A DNA stretch of 64,000 nt from Haliotis cracherodii (lineage: Eukaryota): the NCBI RefSeq assembly GCF_022045235.1, contig NW_027266264.1, forward strand, positions 52,452,001 to 52,516,000, read 5' to 3'. The position numbers and the translations under genes are program-made. This document shows, piece after piece, positions 21,291-35,957 of this stretch. How positions within the stretch are numbered: position 1 is the stretch's first letter; the number at the start of each line of letters is the position of its first letter. Below the pieces are notes generated by a model. The model saw only the letters and a program-made list of their open reading frames with translations. It did not search any database and had not been told where the DNA came from.

Positions 21291-23745
21291 CTATCAGGAA
21301 CTGTCACTGTTCGGACAATTAACAATACTGGAAATTACCCTTGAAGCAGAATAAAGGTTTTTGTTAGTGAAACCCTAGTGCAGGTAGTTCAACATGTAAT
21401 GGTGACTACAACCTCTGGTGGAGGAACATAGTGTGTACAAGTATTGATGATGTGCCTAAACACAACATAAGAAAAACTATTGGAAGTAATTCATTTCCAA
21501 ATATGAATCTTTTTTTCATGTAAACATGAATGCGTATACTTATTTCCTAAGGGGAATGTATATTTGGACAAACTTTGTCCATGTCACCTACAAATAGAAC
21601 ATGAAAATAATCATCCTAACCCTGTGATAACTTTGGGAAGACACCCATCAGATCAATTTGTTTCTTGACAAGATTTTTTGTTAACAACCAAGCATCATTG
21701 TTACTGGTGATTGAATGTCAACAAAGCTGTTTCTTTCCTTCTGACAGGACAAAACAAGTTTATGCTTGATGCATGTATAATCATCAGTGCTCTCTGGAAA
21801 CAGGTTATACATGAATTGAGTATTGATTTCTTTCCAATGGTAAAACATATATATATAAGAGACGCGATTGTCAATTTGGTGAGTATAAAAACACTAACCA
21901 TTCAGTCATAAAAGATGTACAATCACAATATGTTTGCAAGGATAGCACCCTCCTCTTGTGAATTATTTATCTAAATATGAAAAAAAAAATCAATTTGTGT
22001 TTATTTATTCCTTTGCTGTATAGCTACGTATGTTCAAGTTTGTTAGCTGTAGTGTGTTGTAATGCATTTATGACTCCCAATCCACTTGAGACTAATAACA
22101 TCCAACTTTGTAGGGAAAAGAAGGTTTCTTAATACCTGAACACGATTTGTTTCATGGAAGTGCAGTCATACACAATTGTGTCGAAGTTGCAGGTAGCTAC
22201 GTAAATGCTTCTAGTTATCCAAAGTTTGACACAACCGCAAATAATGAATAAAGAAGGAATATGCAGGGACCAAGCTTTTCCTTCGAGATAACCATAAGTT
22301 CGACACATCAAAGTTATAAGTTTGACATAACAGTGTTAGACTGTATTTATATGATGAACCTTCGTCTTTTAACGTGCCAACAGCTTTGTATTCTTAAGTC
22401 AGTCAATATGTTCAATATGCCAACTGTCTCATAAAGGAGTTCCTATGACACTATATGAATAATCCTATAAACACTGATGAGTTGGTATTATGTGCTGGCT
22501 GTGTAGAAGACAGTGGCACAGGATGTACTTTAAGAGTTTATTGACTTCATCATCTATATTTGGATGGTCTGTGCATATAAGAAAAGATTATATTGACAGA
22601 AACTTGTATCAGATTATTGTTGAGTACAGTATTTCACGCTTTAAGATTAGTTCATTTTTTAGGGAACTGACTGTTGCTCATTCAAATTGTCCTAACAATA
22701 CTTTTGACTTTTGGCAATGGTGTAGTAGAATCAATACTTGCTAATATCACGAAAATGTCCTGGTGACATTTGTCTCACTGGTATCCATACACACTGTGCT
22801 TAAAACATTTGAGACGGCTAGCCTGAACACGTTTCTTAGCATCGTTTCAGTAGATTTTATTGTTATAATATGTATTGCTTTTATGAGAATTAAAATTTGC
22901 TTGACTCAGGCTTTGGACTATCACAAAATGTTCATATTGACATGACAATACTGGCAATAATTCAGACATGATGTATTGTTTAAATTACAGGATCTCGGAT
23001 ATCTAGAATAGTGACAAGCAGCAGTTAACAAGGGCAATTTGTGTTTGAAGTAGTGCCTTTGTGATAGTAATCACATGGGACCTTTCACTGGAATACAAGA
23101 TTAGTGGAGGTTTTACCTGTTCATTCTCCATGTGGGTTGTAATGTTTAGAGCTCATTTTTAGTGTTCCCCGCTGTGATAATGATAAAACCAATGTAAACT
23201 CAACTCACTCACTCAAACAGAAATGAGAAAATAAAGTTATGCATCCACACCCACATAGAATTGTTTGTCAGTGAGGCAAGTGTAAAGGCATTTGTTATCA
23301 CACACTAAATTGAACAGATCTTATCAAGACACATTTCTAGAAGATGAGCATCTGTGATGAAAAAAAATATGTTCCAGACAGATTGACACCTCTTCATCTC
23401 TTTAAAATCTTCTGAAGTATGAAGGTTGATTGATAAGTTCTGAGCCTCGCATAGAAGGAATTGCGTAATAGTGAAATCCTTTGCTGTGGACATTACATGA
23501 TGCCACAGAGGTATATCCCAAAATACTCCATTGAGCAACTTATATCACTATGACAAGTCAGTAGAATAAGCAAGGGTCTAAAACCTGACAACGATTTGTG
23601 ACTATGGATGAAATGTGGGTTCACCACTTCCAGCCAGTCAAAACAACAATCTAAAAGTACTTGATCACTGCTTGCTCCTCAAACTTGTCCATTTTCCAAA
23701 GGTCACAGATCCTTGCTTATTTTGCTGACTTGTCACATAGAGATC

Positions 23746-23820
23746 AATCTCACAAAAATCAGATCCTCACTTCCGCTAAGCAAACGATAGCGAGAACTAA
23801 GATCTGATTGCAATGAGATT
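23746..23820. mobile_element. TIR-only derivative of the 3469-4050 element
   Basis: aatctcac...atcagatc and atagcgagaactaagatctgatt...atgagatt placed almost side by side. Confidence 0.7.
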
Positions 23821-26800
23821 TCAGTGAAATCACTATGAAATAGTGATGATACCAAGTGTTTGAGAAACTCCACTTCACACACACACACTCAAACAATACA
23901 ATGTGAATTTATCTTTGCCTTGATAACAATGTTCTCCAAGATCAGTGTATCTGGGAGCTTTGAAAAGATGATAAGAACACTGATCTGTCTTCTGATCCAT
24001 TATCCACTTTCAACTGAGACCAAGACACCAATAATCAGTAATTCATAAATTGAATTTCTTTGTTGAAACGTAGTCTCTTGTGGTTTTACAGACCCCAGAG
24101 CAATATTTTCAAAAAAACATCCACCCCCATTCTCCTCTCATTCTCTTCTCAGGTCTAGGAAATTATGAGTCTTAGGGGTTCCTAAATACTCAAGGGTTCC
24201 TTTATTGAAGTATTCTTGTTTAACCTTCTACATAACTTTATTTATGTTGGTCTAGGTTGAAATTGTCCCACTAGAAATATGCATTTTGGAATTCTTCGAA
24301 CATCCAAAGGATGATAACTATTTTCATGTTTGATTACAAAACAAGCTAAAACAAACCTAAGTTATTTTCTCGGTAGAGCCTATACTGCATTTAGAAATTT
24401 ACAGTAACGACTTCATTTATTCATGTATTTTAATCTATGATTTAGTCCATCGTTACCATAATTCCGATTGTTTCATCCACATCTGCCTATATTGCTAAAT
24501 TACCAGTCATAATCACATATATTTCATGTTCTCATCTATACCAAAATGTATCAACCACTGAACATTTTCACCAATGGTTATATCATTCGCTGAATTACCC
24601 AGTAACTAGAGTCTGAGAGTAATTGTTATTGAGCTTCCAACACTACTTCTTCTGGAGTGTATGATGGGTTTTTTAAGGTGTCCAGCTTATTGAATTCAAA
24701 CAGGGAGTCTATATGAGATTAGTGAATATAACATTATATAGACTGACTGTTTCAAATTACATTTCTGATACCAGTCATCATATGTAAAAGCAGTATAGAT
24801 TTTGAATTAGAGCTTCTTTAATCTCGACTTTAATCTATTATTTAAGGTCTTGTCAAAGGCAATGAGGTCTGGCCTGATTAGCCTGAGTCAAGACTTTTCT
24901 GCCCCCCTGAAAACATGATCCGATAGCTTTCCCTCAGCCATGAGATAATTTCCTGGAAATGAAATATTTAATGAGTATATTGACTTTTGGCTTGCATGAC
25001 AAATTAGTGTTTTAAACAATGAGATTGTGGAATTCTATACCTAGCCACATGTTAACGTTTCACAAGATTTAGTGTAGACTGGACAACAAAGCAGCTCAAG
25101 ACCATGATAATCAGCTTACTGTTCATTTGTGGTAAATTCCCTCGACCATGTTATAAAAGGCTGGTGATATTCATGTAATTGGGAATGTATCATTATTTAG
25201 TGGTAACCTATACCTAGACATTCCAAAAACATCATTATGGGTTTAATGCACATGTAAAGCATTATATTGCAGTCTGTGTCAAAATGTTTTGGTCTACTAG
25301 CCTGAACCTGTGTCTTGACATCATTGTCAGTAGATATTAGTGTTACTGTATGGACTTTTATTGCAAAGCTTACTGGACTGAAAGAAATTTTACTAGACTC
25401 GGACTATGGACTTGTGGCTAAAGTCTTAGACTTATGTTGGTAACAGATTCCATTACGATAGCTTGACACATATTGGAATAATACATAATGTCTCCCATAT
25501 TTAACCAGGAATAAGTGTTTTATTCAACCTATTTCAACAAGCCACAGCTGCCATAAGCAACAGCCATGTGAACTTGTCTTATCCTAAGCAATTGATGATA
25601 CACCTATATCCTTGCAGTGCTCAGATGTTGGATCAATATCATTTTATAGAGTGAACAGTAGCTTCTAACCCTATCCTGACGTTCGTATGCATCACTTGTG
25701 TCCAGTGCATTTCTAGAATGCTGATTTACATGGGCGTATTGAACAAGGCTATCTGATTAGGCCCAATCTCAATAAAGACTATTCGTGCTCAAAGATCTGT
25801 TCCCAAACTACTGTAAGTTAGGGACATGTCAAATCCTCCTAGCATTTCTTTCTACCAAAGCTGCAGCAGCTCAGTGCTCAGCTGAGTATGTATGACAGGA
25901 TGAAGATTGTGTTCCCTGTGATTTATTTTCATTCCAGCCATTGCAAAATAGGAGAGATGATAATTTCTACCTGGATGCATGCATGTTGCAAACATAAGGC
26001 AAGGGATTTCGTCATATTTCAGTATGGTGTTACAAAGCATGCAAACCCTTGTCAACCAAACAAGTATAGTTTGCCATAAAACTGCCATTCTGTTTTCCAA
26101 AACATATCTGGTGGAAACTAAGTGAATGCATCAAATCCATCATTGGTTGCATTAGATTTGTAGCTGTTGCTACTACTTGGTGTTTAGGGTAGTATGAAGG
26201 TCCTATATGTTAACCTTAACTATTCAGAATAATATAATACTTCTTTAGGTTGTAGGTGGCTGAATCAAACTGTGCCAAATATTAGGCATATTGCTGCTTC
26301 ACTGGTACCAAACGTTTCCATATTTATCTCCACTCACGACAGTTGTAAATAGCCAGTAGGGGTTAATAGGTTCATATCAATAAGGCCTTCCTATCTATAC
26401 CACATATATAAAACATGAGGTGAAGAGTCTAATATTGTGAAAGCAGGCGACTATTAGCGAGAATGTGACAGGTCACACCTGTGTGGTTGTGCCTCTTATG
26501 AAATTCAATATGCAACAGTGCACTTGTATTGGACTTGACATATTCATCATTTAGGATACACATTTTGCTTCAACGATTTCCTTTCATATGATATAGATTG
26601 TGAACGGGTTCATGATTCTGTAATTATAACTTTGCTTATAAACATTGTTTCTTATGTTCTGCAACGTTTGCAAATACAGAAAGAAAAATGGAAACAATCA
26701 GTTAAGAATTTTATAGGCAAGTGAGGACTAATTATTTTGTTTAGTATTTCTTTTATTTTATTTTATAATAACAATGTCAACTCCAGAGAATAACCAGTCT

Positions 26801-29038
26801 GCAAATGCCTAGGTGCCCATTTAGACCCAAATGGTTAAAAAACCAACCATTGGAGATCACATTGTATATTATACATTATGATTATTCTTTAAAGCAATTA
26901 CTATGGGACTTGAGGTGGAGACTCGTAGCACAAGGCTAAAACCTTCCTCACTCGAGTCTATAATGCTATACTTGTGATTATTCCCTCTGTGGGCATTGTT
27001 CGACAGAGAGAAGAAAGTAATTACACGGTAGAATTTCAGTTTTGTAAGCACTTACGTTCGTATCTCCCATGCGTCATTATTTCCATCTAAGAAAGTGTGT
27101 TCGCTTAGTGAGCTACCATAGTCTTATTACTTTACATTTACAATATAATGAAGAAGCATTAACTATTTATTCCACAGATTTGCAAGGTTCTTTCTCCATA
27201 GATTTTGTAAAGAAAGTCTAAAGAACAATTGGGCATTCATTAAAGCAAATTACAGATGGTTTCATCGCGATTGTCATTCCAAGAACAAAACATTTGTGTT
27301 CCACTTCTTAGATCCGACTGAAGAGGTACTTTATCACTGGTCATTGTAATATTTTCTGCCAGGAAACGTATACATTGTATACATAGTTACATGATTTTTT
27401 TGAAAGCTTCGCATTGAAATGGCCAATGATTTGATGACATGTATTTATAGTGAAACAAAATTTGCCCAGTTTATGGATGTGGTATGGTATTGGTTAAGTA
27501 ATGCATTCCACTTCCATAAGTGGTTATAAAATCAGTAGTGCGTCATTAAATAATATGTCTACACTGCAATTCTAGTTCAACTAAAGATGTCTCCCACATA
27601 GTATTTCATTGTACACCATATATCTTATTATGAACAAAATACATGACGGACGTATAACAAGTGTAAACTTTGTTGAAAATGTAAAAGAAATACCTGCAAT
27701 CCTACACTTGTTTGCATATATTATTTAATTTGATTTAATGAAGACCTAAATGAACACCGTGTTTACTTTGTAATTACTGTCCTTACAGTTACACGTGACT
27801 AGGTTTAACATCCGCCCGTATCCCGCCGTAAATATATATATATATAATTGAAAGGATTGAGCGACAATGCATACATATATAACTTTTGACTCACTGTACG
27901 GTCAATACAATCGTACTCTCGGGTACGATTTCAACTACTACTTGACACTCTTCAAAATCAATAAACAAAACGTTTAGTCATTTAGATTTCAGCTGTGACA
28001 AACACATGTTATTTACACCATTACTCAATACCCGATGCTGAAACACTGATCTCTATATGTCGTTAGATGGTTACCCAATTCCTATTCACAGATTAAACTT
28101 GTATCGACGGGCAATACGTAAATCCCCAATCGAAGCTATACCCGTAAATGCCTCTTTGTGCATTTTGCTTTATGCTTATTGAAAGAACTGTTCCGTCTCA
28201 AGCGCGCTTACATAATGTAAACCCTTTGTGACAAATCTGCCTAATGCTGAACCATTGCTACAGACTATCAGAGAGGTAAAGCTATGCTGAAATATGCTTG
28301 TATGAATACCCCGTGTAGAAAGAGGACGGCGTTTGAAAGCCAGGATACTTAATGCTGACAAACTTTGTATATTTGTCGACAGAATCATCCTTGTTTCATA
28401 GAAAAACTGGGTAAGTCGATAATTCTTTAAAACATGCCAGTTTATATACACAGTACCATTACTGTAGATTTGTTATCGCCAAGGCTACATTGACCTCATC
28501 GGCAATTTTAAGGAAGTCTCAGGCATCCATAAGATTTCCGTCACTTTAAGAAGAAATCACGATCAATTTACGTGGTTAGTCGGCAAAGAAGAAGTAAATA
28601 TTAAATCGAAAGTGCCACTACGTGTGATTAAAGGAGCTGAGTTGGGGAAATTCAGTCTTCCAATTTGTACCGTGTCACTCGAGGTTGATTGGTGAATCAT
28701 TCCTTTGATGGATCGCATACAATGGTAATCGACAAATGACCTTGGGACGAGTGTTACTTACTCCACCTCTCAGTCTCCAGGGTAGAATTGGTTCCGGTAT
28801 AAAACCTGAGCTTGTCGTAAGAGTCGACTAAAATGAATCGGTGGAATTTGACTTGGGTGGTTGCATCTCATGGTGCCACTATGACGTGGGTCGATGTTCA
28901 TGCTCTCACTCATTAGTTTACTTGGTCTAGATGCGTTCATATACAGGCTGCAGTGATATGGCTGGAATGTTGCTGACTGTGGTGTTTTGGACATTCACTA
29001 ACTTATAGCATTGCCACATACGAACCAATTAGAATATG

Positions 29039-29114
<76 letters not shown>
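29039..29114. repeat. (TA)n microsatellite
   Basis: Read directly. Confidence 0.97.
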
Positions 29115-29118
<4 letters not shown>

Positions 29119-29247
29119 TATATGATACGATACCAGTTCTTCCTTTCAATTACATAAACTTGCGACAAAAGTTGTGTGCCTATGCATGTATTGTACCTAT
29201 GGGTGAGTCACTCATTTACAATCGAAATAATCAGTTAAATACTGAAG

Positions 29248-29515
29248 AGTGAGTGGCGGGTGGGTTTGGTTTAAGCTGCTTTGAACAGCATATAGTAGTT
29301 ATGTCACGGCGTGACAGCTTGATGTTGAAGGAAATCCCATTACAACGTATAATGCTTGCCTTAGACGTTTACCACTTTGGTGAAACCAACAAACAGGGGT
29401 ACGTTGCTGACATACCACGTATATGGAATTCGAATTCTCAATCATACGTTTGGGGCACACCAAAGGGACAGCGAATAGTGGCGCCTTAGATGACTGTACC
29501 ATCCGTGCCCCCATG
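29248..29515 (-). mobile_element. Diverged SINE family A copy
   Basis: ggcgccttagatgactg..ccatccgtgcccc and acgtttaccactt blocks. Confidence 0.65.
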
Positions 29516-29862
29516 TATGTTTAGACAACCCCCTATGCATTATCAGTATAACCAAACGTCTTGGAGTCAACATCGGTTCTTGACCTTTCTGATTGAATAT
29601 ACGTAACCTGTTAAACGGTTAGGATACGTTTCAGTCTATAAACTGCCTATGAAGCAAGACGTTTGCAAGTTTAACTTCCCCGGCGGGAAATCATGAGCAG
29701 AAAGACGATTAGGTTGTCATAATTGAGGTTATAGAGCACATGTATTTGTTGGATCCGGAATACCGACTTTCCGCTGGCATTGTATACCTGCGTATACCGG
29801 TGTATATCAGTGCAGTCTAACGGTGCCTGGTTGGACTAAACGTGGCATGGCGGCTATGAAAG

Positions 29863-30022
29863 CAGTGTCAGAAATTTGTACTAGTCCTGTAGTCCTTGCC
29901 AAACTGCCAAATAGTTAAGGTATCATGAAGACTATAGTAGAAATGTACCCCTTTTAAGGGTTTTGCTATATGCTATATCATTATAAGGACTAGTGGACGA
30001 AAACAGTTAAATTCTACTGCTG
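29863..30022 (+). mobile_element. hAT-like MITE family B
   Basis: Close match to 43289-43444. Confidence 0.75.
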
Positions 30023-30098
30023 CGACTCTAACATATGTTATATCTCTCTTACAACTTAATCATATTACAGATGTAGTCCCCAGTATCCAATACTTGCA

Positions 30099-30367
30099 GT
30101 AAGAATAAGTAAGTTGGGATTAACCCCGCGTTTAACAGTGTTCCAGTTATATCACGGCGTGTCAGCTTAATGCGTAAGTCCGAAGTGATGACGTTTACCA
30201 CCTATTAAGTGAAACCCACATGCACGGACATGGTGCTGACAAACCAAGAAACATAATCGGGGCGAACCGGGATTCGAACACACAAGCATAGGTCTCTGGT
30301 GTTCACAAGGGATGCAACTCTGCAAAGCGAATTGCGGCGCCTTAGACGACTGAACCACCCGGGCCTC
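30099..30367 (-). mobile_element. SINE family A copy
   Basis: Reverse-complement match to 10724-11002. Confidence 0.85.
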
Positions 30368-30769
30368 TGCTCGTAGACAAGTTGTCAAGGGTTCGATTAT
30401 TTGCATGCAGTCGTGATATAGCTGGAATAACGTATGTATTCTATAAACTGCGTCCTTAAACATTCATTTGCTTTTCATTACAGATTGAACTTTTTTCATC
30501 TACCGACAGTTTCCAAAACTGATAGTTTTATCAAATTTCTTTGTTTGCATATTGAAAAAAACAAGTATGTGGGTAATCTGTTTACCGCATGGGAAGCTGA
30601 ATGACGCGTACAATTCTCGTCCGTTAACATCTTGGTTTTGCATGCACTTGAATAACTAATCAAGGGCGAAAAGCGTAGTAGTTAAACCAGTGTGTTATAT
30701 CTCCATGCTTTTGTGATAAACACACGCGGGACTCATTTGCTACCATATCCTCGCGCAGGAAGTCTCGAA

Positions 30770-30925
30770 GCGGTGGGGTAGTCTTTTTCGTGGCTCGTCA
30801 CATCGAAGACCCTGATTCTATTCTCCACATAGCTACAATGTATGAAGCCCATTCTTGGTGTCCCCCGCCGTGGTAGTGCTGGAATATTGCTAAAAGGGGT
30901 GTAAAACCATACTCATTCATTCACT
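30770..30925 (+). mobile_element. Short tRNA-derived SINE family C; copies also at about 50369-50520(-), 61015-61140(+), 62705-62810(-) and 63190-63340(-)
   Basis: Shared cccacat.g.tacaatgt.tgaagcccatt.ctggtgtcccc...gctggaatattgctaaa and (cact)n tail. Confidence 0.75.
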
Positions 30926-32399
30926 TTAGGAAGTGTCGCCATCCTTGTCTGTCCTAACAGTAACATCGCACAGATTTTCTCTCGCTCGTTAGTCTTATGT
31001 AATTGGTTGGCTATTTTAGCGTCAAAACGAATGTATGGTTAATTGCAAATGCGTCATGTGTATTTTGTCCTAACAGAATGACGATATTATCCACTGCATG
31101 GATAATCGAGGATGGTGAAATGTGGATATTAAATAAAAAGCGACCAAAATAATCCATAATCGTAAGTAATCCCTTCTAAAGGCAGAGGCCATTGTAGGAT
31201 TCCGACTAAATCAATAGAATGTGTGTATGAATCACTGTGTAGTGATACTACAAGGTGTTCGCAAAAAGGTATGTGAGGCACCGGCAGAATGGACCCGGGA
31301 TTCGAACCCGGGTTTCCTCTTTAACCACCGCCCCTGCTTTTCGTGGAGATAACGGGTCACAATAAGACCCCAAACCACACGCCTGTCGTAAGAGCGGACT
31401 AAAATATGGATTGGGTGGTGTTCTCGCACTTCTGAATAAGTAATGAAATTGTATGCCATTTTACTTTCAAACACGTGTATCTAAACATAGAGATGGGTGT
31501 TAGTAAAAAACATAAAATTTAACTATTTTGTTCAGAACTTCGGCTTTCAATGGTGTGACTTGGATGATTGCTGACATCGTGTCCCGATGGTGTGGGTCGT
31601 TGCTCATGCAACGAGAATCATGATTCACAAATACTAATTATGTAGTCGGAATCGTAAAATGGACTCGGCTTCTAGTAGAGATTTCTTATGATTATGGAAA
31701 GGGTTTTGTAGCTTTTATTTAATAATACCCACTGGTTCGCTTGGTCCAGAATCGATTATTTACTGGCCGCCGTGCATGATGGTTGGAACATTACTGACTG
31801 CGGCGTTCAACTACATTCACTCACATTTCTGGTCAGAGCGTACCTTTGACATTAAAGTCTGTATTCCAGACACTGCAAGGCCGTGCGAGTCTAGTGGTAA
31901 GGGTCATGCTACTTAGGTCCTGCTGTTCGTGTTGTCAACGTTACAGTACTTTAGATGAAGATGGTGATCTTGTTACACTATGATTATTACTACATGACTA
32001 TGTTGATATCTGCGTCATCTAGTTACCAAGTGTATGTAAACAATAAAAAATGACTCTGGCATTCCAATTAAAAAAAACACATTTAATACATTCCTGCTAA
32101 GGTTCAGTAAACCCGCGTTTCCTTGATTGACGGCGACAATTATCGTTGACAGTGTTCTCTAAGTGCGTAAGTTCTCTTCATCATTGATTTGTGCCGGTGA
32201 GTGATGATATATTCAAAGCCATAATGAAACTGTTTACTCATTATAAGACGTTGAACAAACACCATGCCAGGTGAAAGTAATGACATCGACTGTCGCCAAC
32301 ACTTTAAACAACACATATAGTTACTAGTGAACAGATAGAATAGAATCGTTTCCGTTGTCAACAGTTATTATAGAACTGTACACCTAAATGACTGGCCAT

Positions 32400-34300
32400 T
32401 AACAGGAAGCAACACTAACGCGCCGCGTGTCCAACACAACGGCTATATACCAGTCGATGGTTCCATTCAATCGGCTTTGTTTAAATGCCGAGTGGTCGGG
32501 GTATAAATTTGTCACATTCAAGACAGAAACATATCTTAGAGTTTGGATAAATCGATGTTATGATGCTTCAAAATGAATTTCACCATAGGTGTAGTCACGT
32601 GTAACGAAGCAAGGTTTCTGACGTGATCGTCTCCAACAGTTTATCAAACGATGACGTCATTGCCTCAAGGATATGTTTTTCCTTCATGCCCTTTAATGCA
32701 GTAAGCCTTGTTTTGTATACGCAAATAGATACAATTGTTTTATAAGGATTTCATGGTCTTGTTGCTTTGATAGGAAATCTAGGAGTATACTCGGGAGTGT
32801 CTGAGGATTGGCGAGTTATGAGATTGGTATCTAGTAATGTATATTCGTATTGTTGTTCGGCGTATCTATTGCCAGGACGTATGACCTGTGTGAATGTGTC
32901 TCTGAATCTATATTAAAATCTCAGACAGACACGTACAAAATGTATGGACTTTTACAGTGTTGGAATACTTAAGTCAGGGTTGTGGCCTGCGATCTAAGCC
33001 GTCACCTTTCACCCGGGCGTCACAGCTACAATTGACAAACTGTAGACGTTGCCTTGCCACTGCAAAGCCCTATTCAATCTTCAATAATTGGGGCTTGTCA
33101 ATAAAAGGATTTGGGTGTTCCGACCGACCGCCCAACACTAATACACCACTGCATTCTACAAGAGTGCGGCTAGATGCCTGTATACAATAGGCGTTTGATT
33201 AAGTGGATTTCGGAAATATAGTTACGAGTAATTTGCTGCTTGTTACGCTCTAACGATCACTTACTAAGCCGAAGTCCCAGCTATTGTATTGTTCTCGAAA
33301 AACTCGCTCAGTTTTAACAGATTACCAGTTCGATTAGGACCGGTAAAGTTTGGAATACTTGTGTCCCACAAACTCAGACAGGTATGTTCACGGATATTTT
33401 TTTCATATTTGAATATCTTTGATTAACGGAATGCAGTGTTCACTATGACGTTACCACTGTCTGGTAACTGCGTTTGTTCCGCGGTCAACGAAGCTGTATA
33501 ATTAAAGTTCACAGTACACATGTTAGTAAGCAATCGCCGGTTACCATCAGTAACACTCGGACTCAATCGATGTAACCTGGTATATAACTTCTCAAAACAA
33601 ACACTGTGTGTGGGGGACTGGCATCAGCCAAGCGTTTGTCCTTATCAATTAGTTATTACTATTGAGAACAAAAGAAAGTCATTCTGCTAATTGGACCTTG
33701 TCAAGCTAGACAAAATCATCGTGGTGAATACTCGCATCTTGTCAAATGATTCTGTATTAACTGAGGAAAGAAACAGGTGACTTATATCGCCGTCAAACGA
33801 ACAGTATGCCCGTGCTGGCTATAGCTGGCCAATACCTGCAGATCAGTCACATGGTTAAGGAATCCTATACACCTGAGTGACGTCGTAGACTTGGAGCAGT
33901 CGATGCCTGGCGAGCTGGCGTTTATTGCCTCGGCGTGGCTGGCGTTATGTGATCTTTAAACTTGGATTAATAACGTGACATAGAGACTGGCTTAATAACA
34001 AGGTAGGTTTGGATGATACGCACCAGTGATAAGGATAGAGTTGAAGACGTTTTCATCTTCTTTTTAAAAGTTACAATTCCCATTCTAAAGACCTTTGCGT
34101 GTATACAAACTTTGCCGACTTCACCCACAATCTTTGGTAGTCTTTAGAACGCCATGTTTGTGGGTATTATTGTGTAACGGCCGTCACGAGTGTCGCAAGG
34201 TGTTCGTTGTTGGGGACGAAATATGCAAAGCGTGAACATGGGTTGCTTACAGCTGTGTGCCTACTGGGAACAAACGTAGTGTTTGTGAAGACGTATTAAT
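32400..34300 (+). promoter_or_regulatory. CpG-rich putative Nav promoter and non-coding first exon region; candidate donors after 33381 and 34002; CRE TGACGTCA at 32652-32659
   Basis: High CpG density upstream of the acceptor at 35800; strong donors cag|gtatgt and aag|gtaggt. Confidence 0.45.
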
Positions 34301-35957
34301 AGTGAAACGACTTTCTCTGGAATTCTACTGACAGTGGAATTAAACACAGAATTGAAGAGCGATGAAGGATGTATGAATTATATGTATGTTATCAGATGAG
34401 TTATTATGTTTATCTGATGGTAATCTCTTGAGGTAGGTGTATCAACCAGATCATAAACACATCTTGTTTAGCAAAGAGGTTCTCAGTTCATATTCTTAGT
34501 ACTTCAATAATGACACAGCATGAATTATCCTTAAGTTGAACGTTTTAAAACTAAAGTAACTTTAATTACTTATGGACTCTGCTTTTTGTAGATAATCCTT
34601 GATATGATTTTTTTTTATTTATGAACAAATGGATATGAAATAATATGTTTCAGGGCTGGATACATATTTTCCATGACTTTCTTCAAAACACTAACAGCTT
34701 GCATATACAAGTATATATTAATATTATTTTATCATACTAGATAACATTTTAGATGAATACAGTGATTATCTACTAGCCACTTTGCTTTGAGGTATTACAA
34801 AGTAACAGTCTACTAGTCCTGCTGACAAGTTCAGTAACTATATAATAGTTAAGGGTGTGACAAGAAATTCATCACTACAGTTCGTGGATGCAGTTGACCC
34901 ACAGTTGACTGATTGACCCACTATGTTGAATCAGACCAGGAAAGACTGAAAGATTGTAACAGTTGCTTGCAAACAACATATACATAGCAACATGGGACTA
35001 GTGAAAGTTCAGGAAGGATTGAGAGTTTTTGTGTTTACTAGCCTGCAGGGTAATTTAAAGTTTGTATTCTTTACTATTATGTCATACATGGACATAATGT
35101 GTCAGAATTGTCTTGCCTACTTTCTGCAAATGAAATTACTTGATACACTTTTGTATCCCTCTCAGCATATTGTATCGCAAACCTTAAACTATACATATAT
35201 TCTTCAAACAAATGGCTATTAATTTCCAAACAGCTGTTTAAGAGTATCAGCAGTTAGGTAAAGTTAAAATCTTTCATTCAAGGAAATAGCTAAAAGTATC
35301 AAACAGTTTCAAACATTTTTCAATGCACCAGTTTTTGTTCTGACAAATGACAAGTCACTGACTTGGTTAAACACATTTGTGTACCTTTAACAAAGTTGGT
35401 TGTATACATTTAGTATACACTCATGTTTGAGGGTAAAAATAAAACAAATAAGAAATTATTTATTTGATGGTGATGTATTTGATTTATGTTTGCAGTGTTT
35501 CTGACACTAAATTATTTTCAGCCTAGTTACGTTTTTGTAATTTTATTAGTCAAATCTCATTTTGAAGTGTATCCTTCTTTTGCCTGGAAGATAAATACAG
35601 TGAAGTGCAATGAATTCATATTTGAGAATATTGGACCTAAATACACTCAAATGATGTTTTCCTCAAAGTGAAAATAACCAAAAGAAAACTGCAATAACTG
35701 GAATATGGTATTAAACTTGAAAAGACTGGATATTCAGTTGAAAGTGGTAATTAGAAACACATTATTTCAGAAATTAATCACTGTGTATGTACAATTGCAG
35801 GAAGCATGAGACATAAAGAAGATGGTATATGTGGAAGTTAGTACTGATGGGACTTCACTTCAATAGACTCTAAAACACCATAAGAACTTCAGCTGCAGGG
35901 ACACAGGCCAGTGCCCCACCAAACTGAAGTAGCACCTGATGTTTGCATGTGTAAATC

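Noticed and set aside
16980-22490. Other CTGATGA occurrences (about 16985, 21118, 22474) as hammerheads
   Set aside because: No stem II hairpin followed by GAAA
33430-33635. Short matches (cgttaccactgt, ctggcatcagccaag) to the DIRS ICR
   Set aside because: Only 12-15 nt, not collinear, and no other DIRS sequence nearby; could be chance
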